From NCBI RefSeq assembly GCF_009834535.1, contig NC_045697.1:79610001-79674000 (forward strand): a stretch of 64,000 nucleotides of DNA, in the 5' to 3' direction. A program made the position numbers and the translations under genes. The notes under the pieces were generated by a model. It searched no databases. It saw only the letters and a program-made list of their open reading frames with translations, and was not told the DNA's origin. Below are positions 48,561-62,822 of this stretch, in pieces; position 1 is the first letter of the stretch; the number at the start of each line of letters is the position of its first letter. Source of the DNA: Camelus ferus. Lineage: Eukaryota.

Positions 48561-51500
48561 CTGTTGTTAGACAGGGCTGGTACCAATGACTAGGAATTTG
48601 TAGTGTCATCAAACTCCTTAAATTTTTCCAGTGGTCTTAAGCTTCCAACTTGGTTACAATTCTCAGTCAGCCACTGTAGATCATGACAAGCCTTAGGTGG
48701 GAGAAGGATTTTTTTAAACCTAATACATAATGACCTTCTCCCATAGAAGAAGAGCCATATTAAAAGACATATAATCATATTAAAATAGAGCCATATTTGA
48801 AGACCTAGAAGACCTTAACCTAAGTAAGGTGTTTTCCTGTAATTTGCATGAACATATGTGTGCTTGTAAGAGTCTATATGTGTGAATATTTCTTTCTAAA
48901 AGTCAGAAATCAGAGATCTTTGGCTTGGAGGTAAAGGATGAGAAAGATATCGAGTATTCTTTTCTCAGGTACTCATTATTGGTGTGTGTCTCCTAATGAT
49001 AATATTTGTATGGCAAAATTTAAGAACACTATTTGACCTTGAGGGATAGATGACTTTTTTAAAAATCCAAAACTTATGTCTTGTTTGCCACAACCGAAGG
49101 GAGTCTGCTGTTCGTAGCTACTCAAGTGTCCTTGGCTTGGCGCGTTCTTCCTACTCTGGAGCATGACCTTTGCGTGGTAGAGTTAGACTGTTGAAGTATT
49201 AAACAGGGTTGAAGATGAAAACTTGGTTCATTGACTCTGAATATGCCCATTTAAATAGGAACTCTAAATTTCCATTTCCCATTTTGATTTTTTAGAGTGT
49301 TTTTTCTTGAGAGTGTAGAGATTTTTATAAAACTGAAGAGATCTTTTAGTCCAGGGACATTCAAATGTTTTCTTAGCTATAAAACCACTTTGCAAGATAA
49401 AACCTGGTGTAAATAAAGATAAAAAGAGAACTATTCTGGTTCCAGTAGGCATGGGGGAACTGGAACCCACTTACTTGGGTCACCTCTTTTCTCTCTTCTT
49501 TATCCTACTTTTGGGTAGGTCCCCTGAGACATCACAGTTGAACCTCCATGGAACATTGTTTGAAAATTACAATCCTAGGTGGTCACAACTATATTGAATT
49601 TCATTAAAATATAAAGTCCTTAAGATAAATTAACTGTGGTTTTAAGATAAGTTTTTTTCTCTCTAATAAAATAGGTTAGTGTCTATTTTGACTCAAAGTG
49701 TATAATTATCTTATGTTGCTAATTTTAGTGATAATAGATACTAATTTTGGCCAAAGAAACTCCATAAAAACTATTGCTATGTATGTTACGAATCTGGGGT
49801 TTGAAAGGCCAGGTACTCAATTTAATTAGTTCTCATTTCAGGATGACAAAAGTTTGTAAATGGGAACTGTTTACTAAGCTCCAGAGTAGAACTCTTCTTT
49901 ATTGTCTTCAAAGGATGAACATATGACTATGACAAAGAGGATTTAACTGCCTTGATCTTGAGCAGCCATGAAAGTATGTGGTATAAGTTATGAAGATGTT
50001 GCTCTTCCATGAGGGTTTGACTTTGTCTAAGGCTAACAGTATCCACAGACACGGAATTGGATGTTTTCAAGAAAATAATATTACCCTTTTGGGAACTAGA
50101 CATTGGATAAGGTAGATACAGGGAATGGTGTTAAAAAAAAAAAAAGCTAAATTGGAGTACATAGAACTCAGGGTAATAATCTCAGACTAATATGGGACAT
50201 TATTGAATGTGTGATTGGTGCCACAATGTCAAATTGTTTTCTTGAGTTATTTTTGATAGTCATAGCAACTGAATGAGATAAATGTTATGACTTGATTTTA
50301 TATTTGATGCACTCTCGTAGAGGTTAAGTCGTTCTTCCAACTTGCACAGTAAATTACCAGCAAATGTAGTGGAATCAAGATTTAGATCCAGATCATTTTA
50401 TTTCATCACCAGAGTGGCCTAGTGAAGTCAGACCCAACAGCCAGCTGGGGTTAGAAGTCACTGAAGTGAAGGCGACATTCAAAACTGTTAGAGACGTAGC
50501 AAGAAGAGGGCTGGTCTTTCACTGCAGAGTTCTTCCCAAGAAGTTAAGTACCTTCAACAGCTCACTGAGAAAGAGTAGCTCTGACAGTCCAATGAGGGTT
50601 TGTTTCCTTAGAACCTATTGCCTTTTTCATTGCCTCCAAACAATCCTTTTTTAATATTATGCTGATTAGAGGACTGTCTCTCAGGGCTCAGGCCACTTGG
50701 GGCTTATGCCGCCAATAACTTTTAATATTGAGGCCAGGTGGGAAGAACTCTGGCTGGCTGAGCACTCCTTGTGATATCCTTGGCTTGGTGATCTGGCCAT
50801 TGAAGGGGAGAGCTTTGTCTTTTCATTCCAAGATTCGTTTCCTGAGAAAAGAGAGGGAGTTCAGTTCTGGGTTATGTCCTGACATCTTCTACTTAGTGGT
50901 ATATCCCTGAGTGACACATTAAGATCCATATCTACTGGTCTGTGAAATCTTGTTCTAGTTATAGAGAAGAAAGTGATGGAAGGAAATGAGAACAATTAAA
51001 AGGGTTGAATGTGACATCATGTGGGCCAGATATAAAATTTACAGTCTTGAGTTTTTAAATGGTTTTTCAAGGTTTATTTAAACTGTGTAGGACTACTGGG
51101 AAAAAATAGCAAAGACTAATAAACTTCTCTCATGTTAAGGAATAGAATACCCTGCATTGACATGATTATTGCTAATGTGTGTATTTTTGTTTGCCTGTGG
51201 TGTCAAAAAACGCTTAGACCACAGTGGTGGCAATTTCTTATCTTTTTGTTTAAATCAAATGTAGTATTTGAAACATTTCCTACAGTGATGGATAACTGAC
51301 TTTTGTTCTGATCAATAATTATAACAATTTGCTTAAATTTAGAAAACTCAGGCTCTGTATTTTCTATAATATTTTTCCCCTGGTAATTATATATAATTGG
51401 GAGTAATGACAGAATTAAATTTGTTCCTCTTAATCCATTTAAGTGTTAACAACCATCAAATCAAAGTGGGAGTTTCTAGTCTCTTTTTTTCTTTCAGCCA

Positions 51501-52605
51501 AACATAATAGCTATATTATCCTTATATTATTGTAACATACAATTCTTGTGACTGAAGACAAGAATCTTTTCTTTCATCCTATTTCCTGTTTTGTTATATT
51601 TTGTTTTTGGTTAAAGCTGTTTATGTTTGGCATAAAAACCCTTTTTCTGTCCTCACTGTGAAAAAGGGAGAAAATGAAAATTCAGTAAACCAAAGTACTA
51701 CCAATTTTTCTGAAAGGAAAAAAAATAGGATTTTTGAGGGGGAAAGTGTTCGCTCTATGATGAATTTTTCTGGAACCAATCCCTCATTCTGTATTCAGTC
51801 TATGTACAACATGGACCGTGTAGAAAGAATTGGTATCCAATAAAGTGAACAAAGCTCTAATGAGCTAATTGATCACTTAATCTTTTCAAAGCAAAATTTG
51901 CCTTCCTCTCCCAGTCCCTCCATTTGACTTGTACAAATTATTTGTAATTCTAGCAATGCTAGTAATTTTTTATTACAGTTACCATATTGGTCACATAATT
52001 AATCAGGGGCACAACAGTAAAATTTGTATTAGTTATTTTTATCCACCATGTTCTTTAGTGTTTAAAATTTTGTAAACAAATAAACAATGGAGTAAGCATG
52101 TTCTTCTTGGGCAAGTTGGAGAGCTTTTTTCCCCTACAAACTTATATAAATCATAGTGATCTCCGATGTCTGAATCCCCATGCTTAGAGACAAAGCATAT
52201 GAGGAAAGCAGGACCTTACCCTCAACAGTGGACTAAAGCTGGAAATACTGATCTCACAGAAAAGATCGTGCCCTTCTCAGCATACATCTGGCCCTTTTCA
52301 TTTTGCTTTCATCAGCTGGGGCTGTTCAGTGGTGCAAAGAAAACATTGTAAAATGCTTACAGCTTTTAGAAGTGCTTCTGAACTCTTCAAATAATGGTAA
52401 GAATTGCAAAACTTATAGGAAGAGCTCATCACAGAAAAGCTTTATTCAGCTCCACAGGGAACGGTGAACGCCAGTTAGAGAGCTGCTCTAAAGTAAAATA
52501 CTTATAAGAAGGGGATACTGAAGTATGCATTGTCGTAAAGCTTAAAGGGAACAAATGTGTGTTTCATCGCATGTCCAAACCTAATATCTGTGAAGGGTGT
52601 CTGTG

Positions 52606-52625
52606 ACCGCCAGCAGAGGGAGAGT
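52606..52625 (+). promoter_or_regulatory. Candidate CTCF-binding motif
   Basis: CCAGCAGAGGGAG (52610-52622) against the consensus CCASYAGRKGGCR, one mismatch, in unique-looking sequence. Confidence 0.35.
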
Positions 52626-55600
52626 GAAATTTTGCAGATGGAGAAAAAGGAACTTTCAACAATCCAGCTTAGTTCTTTGGCCAAGATCCAGTGCACTGGG
52701 AATTCTCCAGCAAAATGGGTTGAACTTGGCAGATATGCAAATATGCATATTTCTACTCAGAACAATAAGGCAAACATGGAGACTTCCAGAGGAACTAATT
52801 ATCTTTTGTATTTTTTACCTTAGAACGAGGGTAATATTTGGAAGACAATTAACTGCTAAGAGATTTTAGAAGCAGCGTTTGAAAAATGTTTAAAGAAAAA
52901 CCTGTATTTAGCTTTTTTCAAAAAGGGTTTTAATACCCACTTGTGTTCCTCAAATAATTTATTATAATTGACAGAAACCCAAGCCATATGGTTTACAATT
53001 TGAAGACATTTGTTTATTATTTGCTGTTGGCCTTTTAACGAAAAATTCTATTTCATTATCTTTTGTTTTTCTCGCTGCTTATTGCTATAGTTTCATTATG
53101 AAACCAGTGCCATCCTTTCTCTTATGATGTGTCCATATGAAACAAACCCTGTTTACTGACTTACATTACAGAAAAACAAGCTACAAAAGAGTAACAATGA
53201 GTTTATCTCCAAAGAATACTTTCTGGAAAATATTGGCATATATGAAAATGTTCTGTATATATCAACATTAACAGATAGTAAATGTTTTATATGTGTTTGC
53301 ATGACTATATATGAGAAGAGTGATGCCATGGTCTTTCAGAACAAATTGCTATAGTAATTTAAAGTAATTTGACCAAAGTGTTTTTAAGTTCTAATATACA
53401 TATTTAAAGTATTTCATTATAAAAATTAAATCATACAAAACAGTAGAGAGGATGACTTATTTGAAGTGCAAATCCTTGATTTTTCACACTCTGTAGAATT
53501 TTTTAGTTACAGTTGGGGCATTACAAAATGTTTAATGTGCTTAAAATAGGCACCTTAAAAGAAAATATGCACGTTTAAGAGTGGACTGGTGAATAGAGAG
53601 CTTTTTAAATAAAATAAATAAATGTGTATGTTCTGGGGTGGAAAGATGGCCAAAGTAAAAAAAGAAAAAAGAAGAAAGAAAAGAAAGGTGTAGAATACTA
53701 TGCTTGAACCTGCTTCTGTGCATTGCCTGCGTAGCCATAGTAAAGCTCTGAAGGACACGAAACTGTCAATGGTGGGTTGCCTTTGGTGAATAGGACTCTC
53801 TCAAGTTGACATAAGCAATCTTAATAAATACATTCTGTATTGCTTGGATTTTTTTCAATGAGTGTGTTACCAATACATATGTATTAAAACAGACATACAC
53901 ACACATATAAGGGAATGTGTATATATTTTAAAGGGAATAATGCAGTGGAAAGGCTACTAGTCCTGACGTTGCAATTGAGTGTGTGACCATCCAAAAAAGT
54001 AAACAGATCTATTTATTTTACATGATTATTATTATGTAATTATATATTTTGTAATTATTATGTTATTATGAGACTCATTTGAAATTATGGATCAGGAAGA
54101 GAAAATTAACTTTTCTGCTGTTAAACAAGGGCACTGACAACTAGAAAATGTGTCAGTTCTATTGAGAGAATTAGGCTAAGAACTTACCCTATAGGTCTGA
54201 TTGACTTTGCAGAAAGTGTAGAATTAGGGTAGTGTCGAGAGTAGCACTGACATAAAGTTATTTCTATTGGTAAATATTACTCTGAAAGGACTAAAATTAG
54301 GGAATCACAAACACATCAGCGTGATAGAAAAGATTGGATTTGGTGGAGTTACAAAATACATCATTAGCCATTGTTAATGAGTGGAAAAATAATTACTAAT
54401 TAGGTTTTTATTTTCCTACATAACATATGTAGTTTTGGTTTGGGTCCATCAGTTTCACTTACTACAAATCTACATTAAAACTGCATACAGACTGTATCCT
54501 TCAGAAACATGATAATGACTACATCTAGGAAATCATCATTAGGGAAAAAAAAATCTACTGGACTGAAAATCCATTGACATCTCTAAGGTTTCTTCCAGAT
54601 GTATAATTTTCTGATATAATAGCTCAATCAATGATTAGAACAAGATACACCATGAGGCCCAGGTTGCCTGTGTCACAGTAAAAGAACTAACATTAGCTTG
54701 TGTGTTGGGGTAGTTTACATAGTTGTTCACATCTGTTGTTGCTAGTTCTTCCCATTGTAACTATCCACACTATCTGATAACACTAGAATTGTGCTATATT
54801 AAATATTGCCTGAATAGTTAATATTTATGATATGAAATATTTATATAAAATTTCAGTGATCAGCACTTCAGTATCTTTTTGTGTACAGTTTTATGGCAAG
54901 ATGAAGCTTGTTTTAAAGGCATTAGACAAGTATAATTCCTTTCCCTGTTCAATAGGTAAAGTTACTATCATTCCTACTTTCTAAGCAAGGTAATTAGGAT
55001 ACTGAGAGGATAAGAGATTTGCTCAATATAATAATCCTTAATAAAAGTTTAAAAAAATGAATACAATCTCTACCATTCTAAAAACAAAATAGGTAGAAAG
55101 AAAGGAAGGGAGAGATGGAGGAAGAGAAAGAAAGTGAGAGAGACTTTCCAGTGAATCATATGAGCACTTTATCAAGTCCATATGAGCCCCTTTTAAATGG
55201 AATATTTTAATGTTGAAAATTGATTTGAGTTTGTACTTTTTACTTATTTTCTTAACATTTTTTTGATCAGGATTAATTTTTGAGTAATATATTTTGAAAA
55301 ATAATATGCTTGAATTTTTCCAGTTAGATTTTGGAGTCTATATTTGAGTTCAACACCTTGAATTCTCTAAATGTTTCAAAAGTCTCTTCTATAGATTCTA
55401 TTCTCCTTATCTGTATTGGCCTCATCTATAAATGTGTTAGACATATACCATAAAGTTGTTCAGATATACCTATTTTTGTTCAATAGCTTAAAAGCCCTAT
55501 TTGGAAACCATAGAGAAGTTTTAGTGTTTGGAATGGAATTTGAAAAGAGATCCAAGTCTTATGGAAATGGGACAATTTGCTATGACATTTAGAGATAATA

Positions 55601-55694
55601 GCATCTTCAAGATATTTTTTCTGTATTTATGTTTTCTTATATTAGGGGACTTTCCACAGATACTTATTCTGTGTTCTCTTCAATGGCAATGTGT

Positions 55695-55900
55695 TATTGC
55701 AGTAATAGCTGACATCTTTAGTGCCTACTAAGGACCTCAGACATATCATACTTTGATGTAGATTTTTATTATTCCCATTTCATAGAAGTGGAAACTGAAG
55801 CACAGCATGGCTGTAGAACTTGTGTAGATCTCATCAACTGTGACATAGCTAGGCTTCAGATCCACACTTGCCTGATTTCAAAACTCACGTGGTTAATCGT
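55695..55900 (-). mobile_element. MIR SINE
   Basis: tattattcccatttcatagaagtggaaactgaagcacag...cctgatttcaaaactc. Confidence 0.75.
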
Positions 55901-57557
55901 AAAATCAAACTGTCGCCTATGTATCTATATACATAGATAACTGTCCTATGTCAACATAATAATGTGTGTAACCTTTATTGCAGCCTATCATTGATGGAAA
56001 TGACGTAGGGTAAAATGAGATGTGATTCCATAGCGTTTCTAATGTGAATAACAATCTGATTGCACACCTGCTCAGTTATCTTTCTGTAACCTGAGGGAGA
56101 AAAGGCCCCAGCATGTGGGTATTCAGATTGTGAAGGAGTGGCACCTGCTGTTTCCTAAAATTTCGAGCCAATAGGGGCCTTAGAGAGCTAGTCCAGCTCC
56201 TGATTTTTTTACATTCAAGTCTCCGAATTGTGGTTTAAATGATAGTCTAGGAAGAACATAATGTTTCTCTGTTGGAGGAGAGATCTGTTGGGGATACATA
56301 AAGGAACATGTGAATTTGAAAATGTGAATCCTATTTTTGGAAAGCTTAATGCAACACAGTCTTAAGGATAAGGGTGATGACTAGTGCTGCTGGGGCTGAG
56401 TCCCAGTGACTGCTGATTTCTTCTAAACAGTTACTAGAAAATACATCTAGACTAAGGTTTGTGACTAAATTTAGGGTCTATATTTTCTGATTTTCCTCAA
56501 GATAGGTATATGACTCCAGGGAATTGAATTGAGTTGTAGAAATTAGATTTTGATTTCTTCTCTGGTTATTATTTCTCTTTCTACTTCCTTGTGTGTTCTA
56601 GAGAAAGCTTTTTTGTGGCAGGAGCCTTATCTGTTTTTTCAGTCTCAGGATCCTCAGTGCCTGGAAGCTAATGATGGGAGCTCAGTAAACATACTGGGAT
56701 AAACAAGTAAGTGGTAAATGTCAAACTTGATTTAAAGAAATCTTTACCAAGAACATGAGATTTGACAGGAAAATTAGACTCCAAAGAAAAATTTTTTAAA
56801 GGAAAAGTTAAAATTGTCAAAGAAAAATATAGGCTGGAGTGTATCTTGAATAATATTTTCAGTTTTAAAAACTGGTAACAAGGTAACATCATTTGTTTTT
56901 CAATTTGTTTTGTGTTTTAGTCTTGCACTTGCTGTCATTATCTAGGCTTTGCAATTTTGTTTGTGGGCCCAGGACTTTGCTTAGTATAATTATTAAGTAT
57001 ACTTTGTATAACTTTGTACAGCATTTGCCTGTTAGCACAGAATTTTATACCTAGAATGTAAAAAATTAGCATGCAAATTTTTTCCTTTTCTGTATACTTT
57101 TTAGTGTTTTTAATTGATATTTAGGTGCTGCATTGAGAAAAGCTGATATATGAATTTCATTAAGATAAAAAAATGTTGTTAAACTATAGTAAATATATTC
57201 TTTTTAGGGGTCAAACAACACTTCTGTTTTGTGGATTCTAAATGTTACAATTACTGAATTAATAAACCAGACACATGAATCTGTAGCATTTTTGTTTTTT
57301 GATGTGGTTTTGAAGAGGAAATGGGCTAACGTTAAACTGAATAGTTTGGACATAAGTAATAAAAATCTGCCTTTGATTTGGTTATTGAAGGTTAATGCAC
57401 TAAATGTACTGTTTCATCATTATCACTGAGCAAGTCAGTGAGTCTCAGTAATGGAAAATTGGGAGAATGTGGGGTTATTTGTCAAATTCATCTTTGATGC
57501 ACATTGTAGTTCTATGCTGAAACTATGTTTATTAAGCAGAGGAAATTAATCTATAAA

Positions 57558-58287
57558 TGTTGCCAAAACTTGGCCCTCGTACCCCACTTACTGAATTGAG
57601 ACTCAAGAACAGAGTTTTGGAAGAAGTAGAAGAGGCAGCTTTATTTCTTTGCCAGGCAAAGGAGGTCACCGTGGGCTAATGCTTCTAAGACTATCAGCCT
57701 ACTGGGGAAAGAAGACAAGGGGTTTTACAGTAAAAGTCCAAGAGTTCAAGGGGCAGACCTAGTTTCCATAGAGAGATCATATACAAGGTAAAGAATTGTT
57801 GCAAAGTTGTTCTTGTTTTCGCAGATGCAGTGGTCCCCTTCCCTCTGCTGGGTGTGAAGTCTACCTCCAGCTTTGGGATTCTCTTAATATTCTTGTACCT
57901 GGAACAAAGGATGCCTAGGAAGGGGCTCCATGGAAGAGAGTCCTAGTGAAAAACTTGTGCATTTTAAAGTCAGGCTGATAAATGCTTTTAGACTTTTAGG
58001 CAGGCTGAGGCTTGGGACCTCCTGCTACAGGCTGAAGCCTGCAGCTTGAACAACAGGATACAAGGAAGTCGCAAAGAGTCAAGAGCAGGGCACTGAGCAG
58101 GATCCCTGCACACAGCACCATGAGGTAGTTGGGTGGACCACCCAAGCCTCCCTCCTCTCCAGCCCAACCTTGGTCAGCAAGAGCATGAGAAAAACCCTTT
58201 AAACCATTATGCAGTTAAGCAGTTATGAGCACCATTACAGATATCAGATGGTCACAAATGATGTCAATATAGTCCTGCTCAGTTACA
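57558..58287 (-). mobile_element. ERV1-class solo LTR (lineage-specific)
   Basis: TG...CA ends; perfect TSD TAAA (57554-57557 / 58288-58291); minus-strand AATAAA (tttatt near 57640); begins tgtaactgagcaggac. Confidence 0.88.
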
Positions 58288-59579
58288 TAAAGACTTGATG
58301 AATAACCAATGCATAAATTAAAATTCTCACCTTTAATCTATTATTTAAATAGTTCAACGAAACATTTATAGTCTATGTGTATTTTGTGGGAATTTGGATA
58401 GCAACATGACTGAGTAAAAGTGTCAACTTTCTGCTAAGACTGTAATTTTCTTAATGGTCAAGATTGAGTCACTTTCATATCTCCCATTCCTGGCACAAAG
58501 TCTGACACGTTAAAGAAGTAGAAAACAAAAACCTCAATATGCATTTGTCAGATAAGTGAATAAATATCTTCAACCATTATAAAAGCATCAAGATTTCCCA
58601 TCAATATATTATAATGAGTAATTCAATGATCAAATTACATATCTTTGCTGTACATAAAGTTCTGTGAAAGGCACTTTAATGAAATGAAAATGACATAAAA
58701 AGGGCTCTGCTTTTAAGGAACTTACCCAATTATAAAGGAAATATACAGGGACAATTTAAATTCCAATTCCGTAAATGCTGTGGGAGCAGAAGGAGGGGAA
58801 GGCTTGAGTAAAGGGATATTTTGGAAAAAAGGAAAAGTATGTGCGAAGGCACAGGAGTGTGGGAAACATACCAATTCCAGAGCAGCAAGTAATCAAGATA
58901 GCTAGACCTAGGGTTTGTGCACAAGGTTGGTTTGAGTAGAGGGGTACAAGAGTCACGCAGCTGCTTTCAGCTACCGTCTTTCTGCCAAAGCACGAAGCAT
59001 CACAATACAACAGAACTCCTAAAAGTCTCCTTATTGATAGAGCTTTTGGATCTAGACCCATTTTCCATATCATATTACAACCAGGTTAATACTACAAGCT
59101 TTTGATGCTTCCAACTTCCAATGTTGTTTATCATTCTCCTATTTTATATTTTGCTTCATTAACTTGAGATTCTATGCATCCTATCTTCTTTCACCAACAC
59201 TGCAGTGGGTGACACTCCTGCTGTTGGTACTAACTGTTGGACTTCATCAGAGGTAAAATTGGTTAAAAAAAATGAGGCTCAGATCACAAGGGACCTGTCT
59301 TCCATGTGTTAAATTTTGAGGGTCTGGTGGGAAAGAGGTCGCATTAGCAATAAACTCCAGCTATTTCCTTGTTATGATACATCATAAGATGACATAGATT
59401 TTGGGGAGAGCATCATGGTTCTGGATTGAATTCTTACTTTGTAGGCTCAGAAATTATGTTTGTCAACACATCAAGAATTGACCAGTTTCTTAGAGGTGAA
59501 TTCATGTTAACTGTCCTCACAGGAAGTGATGTATAAAACAGAGTTCCAATGTATTGTCACATAACATTTTTTTTTTTTT

Positions 59580-59662
59580 ACTGTGGTAGGTATTTATTGA
59601 AAAAAAAATCTGCCTATAAGTGGACCCATGCAATTCAAACCCATGGTGTTCAAGAGTCAATT
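59580..59662. mobile_element. Tigger2/MER8-like terminal fragment
   Basis: aaaatctgcctataagtggacccatgcaattcaaacccatggtgttcaagagtcaattg|ta. Confidence 0.8.
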
Positions 59663-60837
59663 GTAATTGGTAAACAAGTATCATTATTTCGGCTTAGTGA
59701 GAGGAAGGCATTTGGGGTTGTGTGGGTTGCAGAGTGAACTCGTTTTGTTCTCACTCCGTTACAGTCCCAGAGTGACCTTGTCTAACACTGAAGTTCATGT
59801 TCTGTTATGTTCTCCAACAGCAGAACAAAGCTTAGCTGTTAATGATAGTCCAAGTTGAAGTGGCGTGCGTGTAAGACCTAGTTGTGAGCATCAGACCGGT
59901 TTCTGGACATTAGAGGTTACTTTTCTTCTCTCCTACTGTGGAGTCAGTGGATGGGGCAGATCTATGACTCCAAGCTGCCAAGCTTGCCTAGACCTCAAAT
60001 GGAATGGCTAGGTCACTGTAAAGAAAACTTTTTGGAAATCTGCTTTTACAAAATCAAACCATCGGATCAAAGCAGAACAAAGCAGCATTTCCTATCTACT
60101 AGCGCCACAGTAATGTAAATTGGAAAGCTAGCTAAATCTGACACCTGGAAAGAATTAGGTTTGAGTCCTGGCACTGCTTCTTGATTACTGTGTGACTTGA
60201 TATATATGTGTCACAAAACGTTTAAATAGTAGTGCCATCATGGGCGTGGTATTCTAACTCTATAGGCAAATAAAATTGTATGGGAACGAAATATTAACAG
60301 AAGATTTTTACATAAGCAGGGGACCAGAGGAAGAGGAAGATAATTATATAATTGATTGTCAATGGCATCAGCCTAGGATCCCAAGACACCATCTGCATAA
60401 AAGGATTATCTGGCCAGCAGGGTAAAAATGCAGGTGACATGGGGCCCACACATCACTTTCCTTACTTGGACTGGCACTGTCTACATCTTTCTTCTCTGAC
60501 TCTGCCCTACCTGTGAATCCTCTGCTGCCTAGACCCTCCTCTGGGCAGAGCACTCTTCCAATTAGCAGTGTATTCAGGAGGCAAATAGGTTTTATTTCAT
60601 GGCCGTCTTTGGTTGATTGGAAGTGGCTGCCTGAAGCAGTCTGGAGAAAAACTCCCAGACTCAGGCAAGCTAAGTGGACCAGAGTGCCTGGGAGGTTGTG
60701 GTTGAGGAATGCTCTGGGCTTCTGAAGGGGGAGAGTGAAGATGAGTTACTGTATTTGCCTCCCATGCGTGAATAATTCATATTATGCACAGCACCTAAAA
60801 AGAGTATAAGCAGAAAAGTAACATCATCAGATTTTCA

Positions 60838-61001
60838 GGGGAAGGGTCCAGCTCAGTGGTAGAGTAAGTGGTTAGCATGCATGACATCCTGGTTTCAATT
60901 CCCAGTACCTCCCTTAAAAATATAAATAGATAAACAAACCTAATTACCTCCAGTTGCAAAAAAAGAAAGAAAGAAATTTAAAAAAAGAATGTAAAAAAAA
61001 A
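60838..61001 (+). mobile_element. vic-1-like camelid SINE (most diverged copy)
   Basis: agctcagtggtagagt...ttagcatgcatgacatcctggtttcaattcccagtacctcc; cctaattacc motif; TSD agattttca / agattctca. Confidence 0.88.
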
Positions 61002-61839
61002 AGATTCTCATTTAAGGAGGGACACAAGATGATCAAATCACCTGTCCAGATTTGTTCCACCCAGTACCACTCTGAGCGCAAGCTATTGGACTAGAAGCAG
61101 CTGAGGGACAGAGTGGAAACATCTAACTTCAGACACTAGTTCTCTGTGATTACCTTCACCATGGCTAGTGGCATTGGTTGTCCCAGTGAATACTATTGTA
61201 TACTATTTTTTCCTGTTTGAATAATAATGAGAAGCATATTAAAAATCTTGGCTTTGTTGGGCAAAACTGAGGAACTTTTTAAATTCGGTCAACACTCCTC
61301 AATTATAAAGCGGAACATTCCTATTTAATTCTTAGAAATGGTTTATTGAAAGACAAGTCCATCATATTTTATGGCTGAAATCTATCTACTTGTGCCTTTT
61401 AATTTGAACACTACTAGTGTTCAGACCATTCCACTAAGAGCTTTTAATGCTCACTACCTCACTTCTATGTTCACGTCTAAAGATTTATAGTCTGTTTGTT
61501 GCTTTATTTCATTAGTAAGTGGAATCAATTTGATAAAAGACTATTTAATTGACGAAGAGGGTCATTTTCATCAGTTTTGCTTTGGTTGGATTAGGCAGCC
61601 CTGGACTGCAGATGAGTTGAGTGCACACCTCACTAACAGAGTTAAGCTGAGAAACTTTCTTGAGCAGATTTCTTTCCTGGAAATAGGAGACTTTTTAATG
61701 ACTTGAGTCTCATTTGCATGTTAAAGATTATTTATAAAATATTATATATGAGGCATTCTGCTTAAGGATATAATTTATTGTAAGACATGGCTATTTTGCC
61801 AAGTAACTACAAGCTAGTAGACTTGGGCCTTTTATGAAC

Positions 61840-62045
61840 CAGATGCTTTTTATGTGCTAGACATTTTGTGGATGTAATTTTACATCCCTACATCTAATCT
61901 TTGAGGGAATATTATTAATATGCACTTTGAAATGTACATTATAAGGAACAGCGATCAAATAATTTGCTCAAGTTTAGACAGCTAAAAGTGATATTTAAAT
62001 TGGAACCCAGGCCTGATTTAATGACAAAACCTACAATCATTATAA
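61840..62045 (-). mobile_element. MIR SINE (diverged)
   Basis: tatgtgctagacatt...aataatttgctcaag...ttggaacccaggcctg. Confidence 0.6.
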
Positions 62046-62096
62046 CTTCATAGGAACATATGTGAGGGAGTATAGTTTGCAAAATACAATAATTTG

Positions 62097-62822
62097 GGTT
62101 TTTTCCTTTTTTAATTTCATTTAAAAAATTTTTTTAATTGAAGCATATTCAGTTACAATGTGTCAATCTCTGGTGTACAACATAATGTCCTAGTCATACA
62201 TATACATACATATATTCATTTTCATATTCTTTTTCATTAAAGGTTATCGCAAGATATTGAATATAGTTCCTTGTGCTATACAAAAGAAATTTGTTTTTAT
62301 CTATTTTTATATATAGTAATTAATATTTGCAAATCTCGAACTCCAAATTTATCTCTTCTCACCCCCTTACCCCTTGGTTACCATAAGATTGTTTACTATG
62401 TCTGCGAGTCTGTTTCTGTTTTATAGGTGAGTTCATTAGTATCTTCTTTTTTCTTTTTTTAGATTTCGCATATGAGTGATATCCTGTGGCATTTTTCTTT
62501 CTCTTTCTGGCTTACTTCACTTAGAATGACCATCTCCAGGTCCATCCATGATGCAGCAAATGGCATTATTTTATTCATTTTTATGGCTGAGTAGTATTCC
62601 ATTGTATAAACATATCACAATTTCTTTATCCAGTCATCTATTGATGGACATTTAGGTTGTTTCCATGTTTTAGCTATTGTATATAGTGCTGCTATGAACA
62701 CTGGGGTGCATATATGTTTTCGAATTTGAGTTCCCTCTGGATATATCCCTGGGAGTGGGATTGCTGTATCATATGGTAAGTCTATTTTTAGTTTTTTGAG
62801 GAATCTCCATTCTGTTTTCCAT
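62097..62822 (-). mobile_element. 5'-truncated cetartiodactyl/camelid L1
   Basis: cttacttcacttagaatgaccatctccaggtccatccatg...ggacatttaggttgtttcc; perfect 17-bp TSD caaaatacaataatttg at 62080 and 62823. Confidence 0.95.
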
